Source: Macrostomum lignano (Eukaryota). Taken from it: a stretch of 64,000 bases of DNA. The position numbers were made by a program, and so were the translations under genes. Where the stretch lies: positions 232,717-296,716 of the forward strand of contig NIVC01001401.1 in the NCBI GenBank assembly GCA_002269645.1, written 5' to 3'. Below are positions 24,794 to 35,288 of this stretch, piece after piece; the stretch's first letter is position 1; each line of letters starts with the position of its first letter. Below the pieces are notes generated by a model, which worked only from the letters and a program-made list of their open reading frames with translations, ran no database searches and was not told the DNA's origin.

Positions 24794-25816
24794 ATGGGCA
24801 CGAGTTTGACGGCAACTCTGGCACTGCAGGTGCTGCTGCTCTCGGCCGAATCAACTGCCGCCTGCAGTGCCAGCAGTCGCTGGTGCAAATACCCAACTAT
24901 CCAGTGCTTGAATGCGAGCCTGGCCCTGATTAAATGGCATTCGATGACAAGCCTGCAGAGCTGCTTATTTAAAGCTAGTCGCCAGCCAGACTCAACAGAA
25001 GATTCACTGGTGCAGTGGAACGGGCAGACCGGCGTGTGCTCGATATTCCAATACCAGCAGATATGCCGAGCCGCTAGCAGTGCTGTGGTAAGCGACTGCT
25101 CAACTTATCGGCTTCAAGCACTGGCCACCTGCGAGGCTTCTGTGACAATCGGCTCTCCACTGATTGGCGTGTGGCTGGCCGGTAGGCGGCACAGGCTGAG
25201 CAATCTGGTGTGCCAGCCCGAGCCCAGCAATTATCAATTTGAGAGCACCAATCTGCTTTGGACTGATGAAGGCGCCAGCTTTGACGGCTCAACTTCTTAC
25301 GGTCTGCTGAGGAATGAGCACTTTGTATCGAATAATAGTTTGTCAAATTTCACCTGGCTGATCCGGCTGAAGCGGGTGCCAAAAATTCAGCCGTTCATCG
25401 AATTCGTGGCCTGCTCAGACGGTTCTCAGGGACCCCAGCTGTGGGAATTCGACGAGGCCAACATGCTGTTTTTTAATAAAGCCGGGCCATCGTCTGAGGG
25501 CACCGATTTCTCTATTCACTCGGACTCTTCGGTTATGCCCGGCGACCAGAACACCTGGATTGATGTTGGCATTGCTGCCGGGCCTAGCGATACTACTAGC
25601 AGCCTGTTTGCAGGCCAACAAATGCTTGCTACGGTTCGAACTTCGCGAAATCACATCACGCGGCCGTACAATTGCTTCTTTATGGGGCTTGGCCGCAGAT
25701 TCTCTGGCTCGAGCAGCCGCTATCTGGAGGGAGTCGTCAGCGCAGTGGCCATTGCCAAAGTGAAAATGTCCGAGCTGCAGATGCGACAGGTTTTTGAAGC
25801 TTTTCCGCCGCGCTAG
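24794..25816 (+). CDS. Intronless secreted protein (340 aa): signal peptide, Cys-rich region, C-terminal LamG/ConA-like (pentraxin-like) domain
   Basis: Hydrophobic N-terminus MGTSLTATLALQVLLLSAESTAA; LamG-like motifs GASFDGSTSYG, FTWLIRLKR, NTWIDVGI, FMGLG...YLEGVVSAVAI. The domain call is from pattern only. Confidence 0.7.
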   Translation: MGTSLTATLALQVLLLSAESTAACSASSRWCKYPTIQCLNASLALIKWHSMTSLQSCLFKASRQPDSTEDSLVQWNGQTGVCSIFQYQQICRAASSAVVSDCSTYRLQALATCEASVTIGSPLIGVWLAGRRHRLSNLVCQPEPSNYQFESTNLLWTDEGASFDGSTSYGLLRNEHFVSNNSLSNFTWLIRLKRVPKIQPFIEFVACSDGSQGPQLWEFDEANMLFFNKAGPSSEGTDFSIHSDSSVMPGDQNTWIDVGIAAGPSDTTSSLFAGQQMLATVRTSRNHITRPYNCFFMGLGRRFSGSSSRYLEGVVSAVAIAKVKMSELQMRQVFEAFPPR

Positions 25817-26036
25817 ACGCTTGAGCTGATTCTGAGCACGAGGCATTGCCATCATTCTCTCAAATGTTTTTTCTCTCTTTCTGACTCAGCTTTAAGCACC
25901 GAACACGTCAACTTATCAAAGCTTTTTTATTCAACCTGAAAACTAAATATAAAGTTATCTACACACCCTTACTACTGAATGATAAGAGTAGTACATTTTC
26001 GAGCCACCAAATTTCATCGAATCTGTTGCTGGCATG

Positions 26037-26345
26037 ACGGCATTCGAGCAGTGGTTTGAGCGTCGGACTCACGACTGAAAGGTCGGGGGTTCGATTCCCG
26101 ATCCCACTCGGAACAATCTGTGTCCTTGAGCAAGACACTTAACTCTTGCATTGCTTCAGTTCACCCAGCTGTAAAATGGGTGCCAGCATTAGCTGGGGTA
26201 ATTGAGGCTGTGTGTGGCGACCCCCCAGTCCTTGGACTGGGCAGCCGTACGCAGCCTTCAGATGCGCCGCGCAATAGCTGCGGCTGAGCTGTCGGTTGCA
26301 CATCTGCCTGCCCAAGCACACTAGCTTCATTTAACCAAACAAACT
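26037..26345 (+). mobile_element. tRNA-derived CORE-SINE
   Basis: A box (AGCAGTGG) and B box (GGTTCGATTCC, about 26088..26098), then CTGTGTCCTTGAGCAAGACACTTAAC...CAGCTGTAAAATGGG matching the MIR/CORE consensus. The 3' boundary is approximate. Confidence 0.8.
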
Positions 26346-26665
26346 TACTTTAAGCAGTCAGTTACCTGAATTTATGGAAGTCGCTATATCCTCAGGCCAA
26401 AATATGCGCAAGAGATCACAGCTCCAGGCTACAGAAAAGAGAAACAAAGAAAGCGCAGAGTAGGCACCGGATTTCTGTCACAAACATTGCCGCTAAGCAG
26501 AGAAATTAGTTGGGACAATCAGGCCTGACTGACTCAACTATCAGCCATTTAAAACGATTTTCTTCTGCTTTTATTCAGTTTTAAAACTTCCACACTTACT
26601 TATACTACTTACAGATCTCAGCGCTAGTAAGTAGTATAATAAATAGATGATTAATAAACGCAAAG

Positions 26666-29600
26666 TTAACGGCGATCGGTTTTGCCAATGCCGCGCTTGC
26701 CGCTGAACAGGTGCTTGGGCTTGGCGATGAACACGTGCCTGTCAGCCTCGCCCTTCCTAGCCAGCTGGTTGTTCTTCCTCTGCGACTGCTTGGCCATGAG
26801 GCGCGCCTTGCCGGCCATGGCCGCGTCGCGAACGCCGCTCTCCGAACGGGGCGGCCTGGACCGCGAGCGGGACCGCGAACGGCGCTCCTCGTCGGCTGCA
26901 ACGTCGGCGTCACGACGGCGCTGGGCGGAGCGGTCGCGCAGGCGGCTGCGGGACCGTCCGGCCGACATGTGGGCAGTGGCGTCGGCGTCCACGTCTACGC
27001 CGAGCTCCTCCATGCCTTCCTCGACGTCGTCCGTGCTCATCTGCGTTGAACAATGGGGGAGATACTACTGTTAGTAGCTGCGATATGCTAAAGGTGGTTT
27101 ATTAATAGGTAGTGTCTTAAATGAGGGCGGTAACAGCAGCTTACAGAGACTCAGGATTCTTGGGCGATTCTTAAGAGTGGGAGTCAAGGGCGATTCTCAG
27201 GAGGGGGAGTCAAGGGCGATTCTCAGGAGGGGGAGTCAAGGGCGATTCTCAGGAGGGGGAGTGAAGGGCGATTCTCAGGAGGGAGAGTGAAGGGCGATTC
27301 TCAGGAGAGGGAGTCAAGGGCGATTCTCAGGAGGGGGAGTCAAGGGCGATTCTCAGGAGGGGAGTGAAGGGCGATTCTCAGGAGAGGAGCGAAGGGCGAT
27401 TCTCAGGAGGGGGAGTGAAGGGCGATTCTCAGGAGGGAGAGTGAAGGGCGATTCTCAGGAGGGGAGTCAAGGGCGATTCTCAGGAGGGGAGTGAAGGGCG
27501 ATTCTCAGGAGAGGAGCGAAGGGGGATTCTCAGGAGGGAGAGTGAAGGGCGATTCTCAGGAGGGGGAGTCAAGGGCGATTCTCAGGAGGGAGAGTGAAGG
27601 GCGATTCTCAGGAGGGAGAGTGAAGGGCGATTCTCAGGAGGGGAGTGAAGGGCGATTCTCAGGAGAGGAGCGAAGGGCGATTCTCAGGAGGGAGAGTGAA
27701 GGGCGATTCTCAGGAGAGGAGCGAAGGGCGATTCTCAGGAGGGGGAGTGAAGGGCGATTCTCAGGAGAGGAGCGAAGGGCGATTCTCAGGAGGGGAGTGA
27801 AGGGCGATTCTCAGGAGAGGAGTGAAGGGCGATTCTCAGGAGGGAGAGTGAAGGGCGATTCTCAGGAGGGAGAGTGAAGGGCGATTCTCAGGAGGGGAGT
27901 GAAAGCCGATTCTCAGGAGGGGAGTGAAGGGCGATTCTCAGGAGGGGAGTGAAAGCCGATTCTCAGGAGGGGGAGTGAAGGGCGATTCTCAGGAGGGGGA
28001 GTGAAGGGCGATTCTCAGGAGAGGAGTGAAGGGCGATTCTCAGGAGGGAGAGTGAAGGGCGATTCTCAGGAGGGAGAGTGAAGGGCGATTCTCAGGAGGG
28101 GAGTGAAAGCCGATTCTCAGGAGGGGAGTGAAGGGCGATTCTCAGGAGGGGAGTGAAAGCCGATTCTCAGGAGGGGGAGTGAAGGGCGATTCTCAGGAGG
28201 GGGAGTGAAGGGCGATTCTCAGGAGAGGAGTGAAGGGCGATTCTCAGGAGAGGGAGTGAAGGGCGATTCTCAGGAGGGGAGTGAAGGGCGATTCTCAGGA
28301 GGGGGAGTCAAGGGCAATTCTCAGGAGAGGGAGTGAAGGGCGATTCTCAGGAGGGGGAGTGAAGGGCGATTCTCAGGAGGGGGAGTGAAGGGCGATTCTC
28401 AGGAGGGGGAGTGAAGGGCGATTCTCAGGAGGGGGAGTGAAGGGCGATTCTCAGGAGAGGGAGTGAAGGGCGATTCTCAGGAGAGGAGTGAAGGGCGATT
28501 CTTAGGAGGGGAGTGAAGGGCGATTCTTAGGAGGGGATTGAAGGGCAATTCTCAGACGATTTAGCAACGGAGTGTCTGGAACTATCACAGCCAGAGTATC
28601 TCCCCCAGCCGCTAACCTTCTTGCCCGTGCGCGGCATCTTGGCGCCTTTCACGCCTTTGCGCTCTCGGCTCTCCAACTTGCGCAGCGCCTTCTTCTCGCG
28701 GATGAGGCGGGCCGTGTGCCGGATGGCCTGCATCTCGTCGTCCGACTCCGGCTGGTCGATATCGTAGTAGCCGGCCCCGGCCCGGGCGTCCTCCTCGCGC
28801 TCCAGCTGGCGCAGTCGTTCCAGAATGTCCGGGTCGATGAAGTCCTGAGCGGAGATTTACGAGTGTTGTTTGAATGTTGCTTGATTAGTTCATTGTAGGA
28901 AGGGGTTCAAACTGGGGATCTGGGAGGCTGGCCCAGCAACTGGGGATCTGGGAGAGCGGTGGCCCAGCAACTGGGGATCTGGGAGGCTGGCCCAGCAACT
29001 GAGGATCTGGGAGGCTGGCCCAGCAACTGGGGATCTGGGAGGCTGGCCCAGCAACTGGGGATCTGGGAGGCTGGCCCAGCAACTGCAGATCCGGAAGAGT
29101 GGTAGCCTAGCATTCTTCATAACAGGAGAGCTTTAGTTTTTCAAATGCGAGCACCGGAGAAGTCAAAGCGTCTCACCTGGATGTTGTGACCCTCCCAGAT
29201 CTCCGGGATGGCGTCCTGCTTCCACTCCTCCTTTTCCAGCAGCCAGTTCTTCTGCAGATCCAGCACATAGTCGTGCCCCATCTCCAGCTCGATTTCACGC
29301 TCCAGCTTCCTTGGCTTCTTTTCCACCTCGATGCCCTGCGCGGCGAGCTGGCGCTTCCGAGTCACGGCCTCCGGGATCATCGGCGGGCGCGGTTTGTCGT
29401 CGCGCGGCTTGGGCAGGGCCACGTACAGCCTGTTGGGCAGGCGGCATGGGGAAAGGGTTTATGCACCTCAATATTACTTGACGCTGTCCACACCCCTAGT
29501 ATCCTTGAATCTGCCTCTCCGCTTCATCAGTGTCCTTGAATCTGCCTCTCCGCTTCATCAGTGTCCTTGAATCTGCCTCTCCGCTCCCTCAGTGTCCTTG

Positions 29601-32600
29601 AATCTGCCTCTCCGCTCCCTCAGTGTCCTTGAATCTGCCTCTTCCTTCCCTCAGTGTCCTTGAATCTGCCTCTCCCTTCCCTCAGTGTCCTTGAATCTGC
29701 CTCTCCCTTCCCTCAGTGTCCTTGAATCTGCCTCTCCCTTCCCTCAGTGTCCTTGAATCTGCTTCTCCGCTCCCCCAGTCCTTAAATCCCCGTCTCCTCA
29801 GAAACTCGCCTGTTGGCAACCTCGCCAATCTTCTTTCCAGCCAGCTTGGCCTCCACCCGCTGTTTAAGCAACAGGTCGCAAGCTTCATTCTTCACCCGGA
29901 TGAGCCCCTCCTCCGTGAGGTTGGACATCTCCATCACTGGGACGCCCTCGCTCTGTAGGCCGTCAAGCAGAGCCCGGCTCTCTTCGTCCAGTTCGGCAAT
30001 TTTCAGCACGTCGGCTTTGTTGGCGCAGACAACCAGGGGCTTGTTGGCGAACAGCGGCCGGATGCTGTTGAACAGGTGCACCTGACAGAAAAGGCAAATG
30101 CTGATCTTATTATCCTGATCATTTGGTTTCCTTCAGCATTCAAGACTGCCGAAAAGGAGTGTCTCATTGATGGGTGTCATAAGCAGCTCATTGATGGGTG
30201 TCATAGACAGCTCATTGATTGGGGTCATAATCAGCTCATTGATCGGTGTCATAACTAGCTCATTGATCGGTGTCATAACTAGTTCATTGATCGGTGTCAT
30301 AACTAGCTCATTGATCGGTGTCATAGACAGCTCATTGATGGGTGTCATAACTAGCTCATTGATCGGTGTCATAACTAGCTCATTGATCGGTGTCATAGAC
30401 AGCTCATTGATGGGTGTCATAACTAGATCATTGATGGGTGTCATAACTAGATCATTGATGGGTGTCATAACTAGATCATTGATGGGTGTCATAACTAGCT
30501 CATTGATGGGTGTCATAACTAGATCATTGATGGGTGTCATAACTAGCTCATTGATGGGTGTCATAACTAGATCATTGATGGGTGTCATAACTAGATCATT
30601 GATGGGTGTCATAACTAGCTCATTGATGGGTGTCATAACTAGATCATTGATGGGTGTCATAACTAGATCATTGATGGGTGTCATAACTAGATCATTGATG
30701 GGTGTCATAGACAGCTCATTGATGGGTGTCATAACTAGCTCATTGATTGGCGTCATAGACAGCTTATCGATGAGTGTAATAGACAGTTCATTGTTGGGAT
30801 CAGGAAGCTGCTCACTTTTTTCAGATGCACAAAAATTTCTTATAAAATGGCATTGAAATAAACACTTCAGACATCAAAGACCAACTGGCGCACCTGCTGA
30901 GGCACGGTGTATCCGCACTGGCCAGAAAGGTCCAGAAAGAACAGTACAGCGGCCCGGAGATGAGCCAGGGCCGTGATGGCCAGCATCTCGATGTTGTTCC
31001 GATCCTCCAGCGGGTGGTCCAGAATGCCCGGAGTGTCAATCACCTGCCAGCGCAGGTACTCGTGATCCATGTGGCCAACGTACAGGCTTCGAGTAGTGAA
31101 CGGATACGGTTGGACTTCCACATCCGCGCGCGTCATCTTGTTGAGAAAGCTGGACTTGCCGACGTTGGGAAAGCCACACAGGATTAGCGACCGGCCAGTC
31201 GGGTTGATTGACGGCAATCGGGACAGGTGTTGGCGCACCTGAGCGAGGGTAGTTTTAGTGGGAATTACTGGGAAATAACGACATATAGATGGCAGGATCA
31301 ATGGGTCCAGGCGGAAGATCTGGGAGGCTGGCCCATTAACTGAGAATATGGGAGGTTGGCCCAGCAACTGAGAATATGGGAGGTTGGGCCAGCAACTGAG
31401 GATCTGGGAGGCTGGCCCAGCAACTGAGGATCTGGGAGGCTGGCCCAGCAATTGACACTCTGGGAGGCTGGCCCAGCAACTGAGGATCTGGGAGGCTGGC
31501 CCAGCAACTGAGGATCTGGGAGGCTGGCCCAGCAACTGAGGATCTGGGAGGCTGGCCCAGCAACTGAGGATCTGGGAGGCTGGCCCAGCAACTGAGGATC
31601 TGGGAGGCTGGCCCAGCAACTGAGGATCTGGGAAGCTGGCCCAGCAACTGGGGATCTGGGAGAGCGGTGGCCCAGCAACTGAGGATCTGGGAGGCTGGCC
31701 CAGCAACTGGGGATCTGGGAGGCTGGCCCAGCAACTGAGGATCTGGGAGGCTGGCCCAGCAACTGAGGATCTGGGAGGCTGGCCCAGCAACTGAGGATCT
31801 GGGAGGCTGGCCCAGCAACTGAGGATCTGGGAGGCTGGCCCAGCAACTGAGGATCTGGGAGGCTGGCCCAGCAACTGAGGATCTGGGAGGCTGGAACAGC
31901 AACTGAGGATCTGGGAGGCTGGCCCAGCAACTGAGGATTTGGGAAGCTGGCCCAGCAACTGGGGATCTGGGAGGCTGGCCCAGCAACTGAGGATCTGGGA
32001 AGCTGACCCAGCAACTGAGGATCTGGGAGGCTGGCCCAGCAACTGAGGATCTGGGAAGCTGACCCAGCAACTGAGAATCTGGGAGGCTGGCCCAGCAACT
32101 GAGGATCTGGGAGGCTGGCCCAGCAACTGAAGATCTGGGAAGCTGACCCAGCAACTGAGGATCTGGCAAGCTGGCTATTGGACTATCACTGAACACAATA
32201 AAAGCAAGAATCCCCAGCGCACCTGTTCCAGGTAAGCCAGCGTAGAAGACTGTCCACGCATAATAGTAGCCATGCGGCCCAGAGCGGCCCGTTTCAACTG
32301 TTTGCACCTGTACAGCGAGTCGCCATACTTCAACAGCCGGGAATAGTCCTGGCCGACTCGGGCAACCAGGTGCCTGGCCGTGTTAATCTGGCCCAGGGCC
32401 AGTTTGTAGTGGTCCCGATCGTACAGGGCGTTGATGAGATCGGCATAGAACGGGTGCAGCTCCTCCAGCCTGGGGAACTCGGTCACAATGGCTGTCAACT
32501 TGTCGTAGAATGTCTGCTGAGTAAACTTCACTTTGCGAGTGTAGAACTGCCTGATTCGAGAGATCTGATAGTGCCGATGGATCACAGTTGGAGTCTTGCG

Positions 32601-32681
32601 CTGAGTCTTTGACAGCACTATGTCAACAAAGTCTTTGGCGGTTGGCACCACCGTGATCTGTTTGAAATTGTACTGCACCAT
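26666..32681 (-). CDS. GTPBP4: Nucleolar GTP-binding protein 1 (NOG1), 643 aa; exons 32681..32223, 31238..30894, 30081..29810, 29429..29177, 28844..28617, 27040..26666
   Basis: [35 protein letters not shown]; G1 GFPNVGKSS; G3 DTPG; G4 NKAD; [10 protein letters not shown]; C-terminus [18 protein letters not shown]. Phases are consistent when intron 3 uses a GC donor. Confidence 0.97.
27175..28545. repeat. 26-27-bp minisatellite (GAGTGAAGGGCGATTCTCAGGAGGG)
   Basis: Fills NOG1 intron 5. Confidence 0.95.
28910..29085. repeat. 28-bp minisatellite (GGATCTGGGAGGCTGGCCCAGCAACTGA)
   Basis: In NOG1 intron 4; same unit as intron 1. Confidence 0.92.
29500..29785. repeat. 31-bp minisatellite (TCAGTGTCCTTGAATCTGCCTCTCCGCTCCC)
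   Basis: In NOG1 intron 3. Confidence 0.92.
30160..30790. repeat. 24-bp minisatellite (TGATGGGTGTCATAACTAGCTCAT)
   Basis: In NOG1 intron 2; same family as 15055..16320. Confidence 0.93.
31315..32175. repeat. 28-bp minisatellite (GAGGATCTGGGAGGCTGGCCCAGCAACT)
   Basis: Fills NOG1 intron 1, about 30 units. Confidence 0.95.
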
Positions 32682-32894
32682 TGTTTCCAATTAGTCAATT
32701 AGTTAATCGATTTTTTAATTGGCGGAACGGGTCTCAAGAGCTGCGCTGAAAGTATAGGAAATGAATACCAATGGGTAAGTTTACACACTGATGTTTATGA
32801 GGGAGTCAGCTTGATTAGTTGTTAGTCTATATACTACTTTACTAAGTAACCACTTGCGAGTACTATTGAAGAAATTGGTAACTAGATAGCGAGC

Positions 32895-33484
32895 CAGCTG
32901 AATGAATAGCTAACTAGCTAACTCACTGAATAGCTAATTAGCTAACTCACTGAATAGCTAACTAGCTAACTCACTAAATAGCTAACAAGCTAACTCACTG
33001 AATAGCTAACAAGCTAACTCACTGAATAGTTAATTAGCTAACTCAATGAATAGCTAATTAACTCACTAAATAGCTAACTAGCTAAATCACTGAATAGCTA
33101 ACTAGCTAACTCACTAAATAGCTAACAAGCTAACTCACTGAATAGCTAACAAGCTAACTCACTGAATAGTTAATTAGCTAACTCAATGAATAGCTAATTA
33201 ACTCACTAAATAGCTAACTAGCTAAATCACTGAATAGCTAACTAGCTAACTCACTGAATAGCTAATTAGCTAACTCACTGAATAGCTAACTAGCTAACTC
33301 ACTAAATAGCTAACTAGCTAAATCACTGAATAGCTAATTAGCTAACTCACTGAATAGCTAATTAGCTAACTCACTGAATAGCCAACTAGCTAACTCACTG
33401 AATAGCTAATTAGCTAACTCACTGAATTGCTAATTAGCTAACTCAATGAATTGCTAATTAGCTAACACATTGAATAGCTAACTA
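32895..33484. repeat. 24-bp minisatellite (ACTCACTGAATAGCTAACTAGCTA)
   Basis: Upstream of NOG1; a SINE is inserted in its terminal unit. Confidence 0.92.
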
Positions 33485-33857
33485 TTTATTTTTTTATTAG
33501 AGGCAGGGGGGTTGTGTGCACCCTGGCGCACTTTAAGCGACATAGGCACACAACCGGCGAGAGGCATTACTGCCCATTCCGCCGACTCCCCTGAGCAGGC
33601 ATACAAGTGCGCGGATACGTACGCAGGCACACACTCACACAGGAGTGTACAGCGGCCCTAACTTTATATTATCGTTAGGCATGTACACTTCACTGCGCCT
33701 TGGGGGGTTGGCTCTCAACCTCAAGGCCGTTAATTGCACGAGCAGAGCCAAGCCGAGATTCCAATTCAGCCCCAAATTAATGTGACTGCACTTGGAATCG
33801 AGCCTGGGTCGCTGGCACACCAGAGCAGCTGCGCTACCGCTGGGCTACGGCCCCCCT
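33485..33857 (-). mobile_element. tRNA-derived SINE with A-rich tail and 12-bp TSD
   Basis: The - strand head GGGGGCCGTAGCCCAGCGGTAGCGC...GGCTCGATTCC carries A and B boxes. The tail is AATAAAAAAATAAA. TSD AATAGCTAACTA lies at 33473..33484 and 33859..33870. Confidence 0.82.
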
Positions 33858-34584
33858 AAATAGCTAACTAGCTAACTGATAACAAGTGAAGTTTCAGAAT
33901 AGACAAAACCTTGTATTTTGCTAACAAACTGAATAATATCTTGTGGAATATTCAACAGACTATACAATGATCCACATTTGCAATATTACAGAATTAATAT
34001 GAACATAGAAAATAAATCAAGTCAAAAGCCAGACTTACAAACAAACAGGAAGTACAAATTTCACTTTGGTAGGCAACCAGGATATATGATAAACTAAGTA
34101 AGTACACAGAACTCCTTGAACAGAAAAGGCCCCCAGGGACAACTCGAACAATTATAAACTTAGCTATAGTAGATAGCCATTTTAATCGATGAAGCTCAGA
34201 TGGAATTTAGCACAGGCACTAGCAGGACACGTACTACTTGTAGCAAGTAGTGTATTCAATAGTGTTAAGCTACATTTAGCCATTCTAATAGATTAAAATT
34301 AACATATGGATAGCAAACATTACTAATGCGAAAGATAAAGCTTGCTAAAATAAAAAAATTCAATTATTGGATATTACGGACTAAATGAACAAGTTTTTTT
34401 CGATTCCTATATGGAATAAACATACGTGATTTGGCATACAATAATTATAAGGATGTAGTAACGATAATTTTACAGTATTAATATTAATTATCAAGCATGC
34501 TTGACATAAACTAATCAGAATACTTGTCTAACTGTGAGAAATGCAGAACCTTTTTTGGCTAAAACTTTAACATCTGCATGATGC

Positions 34585-34970
34585 GTGATGAGTGAGGTGG
34601 GTGAGGAGTGAGGTGGGTGCGGAGTGAGGTGAGTGCGGAGTGAGGTGGGTGCGGAGTGAGGTGGGTGCGGAGTGAGATGGGTGAGGAGTGAGGTGGGTGA
34701 GAAGTGGGGTGGGTGAGAAGTGAGGTGGGTGCGGAGTGAGGTGGGTGAGGAGTGAGGTGGGTGAGGAGTGAGGTGGGTGAGGAGTGAGGTGGGTGAGGAG
34801 TGAGGTGGGTGAGGAGTGAGATGGGTGCGGAGTGAGGTGGGTGAGGAGTGAGGTGGGTGAGGAGTGAGGTGGGTGAGGAGTGAGGTGGGTGCGGAGTGAG
34901 GTGGGTGAGGAGTGGGGTGGGTGAGAAGTGAGGTGGGTGCGGAGTGAGGTGGGTGCGGAGTGAGGTGGGT
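34585..34970. repeat. 16-bp minisatellite (GAGTGAGGTGGGTGAG/GCG)
   Basis: Tandem units in the NOG1-RECQL5 intergenic region. Confidence 0.92.
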
Positions 34971-35288
34971 TAGGGTTAGGCACAATTTAGTTTCATGGCA
35001 CCGGGTGGAACTAGAGATACAGCATAGGCAAATAGTATTATGCATATCTGAAAATGAATTCTAAACTAGGATTTATTTTAGAATAGTATCGATACCTTGA
35101 AAGATCAAATTAAGTATAATCCACACGTCAGCTTACTTTTAAATGCATATAATTCAACATTGACTTAACGATGAATTGCAATAGATAATTATCTGTACAC
35201 ACCGTGTAGCTGCTTGAGACTCAGAGACATGAATACGCATGCTCATTGTTCTATCAGAATTGCTCTCAAAAAACAAATAATTATTACG

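Noticed and set aside
26037-33857. tRNA-like heads at about 26040-26105 and 33790-33857 as tRNA genes
   Set aside because: They have A and B boxes but no convincing acceptor stem, and continue into SINE bodies, one with a CORE domain and one with a tail and TSD.
34968-34981. TTAGGGTTAGG as an interstitial telomere
   Set aside because: Fewer than two full units at the end of a G-rich array; chance is sufficient.
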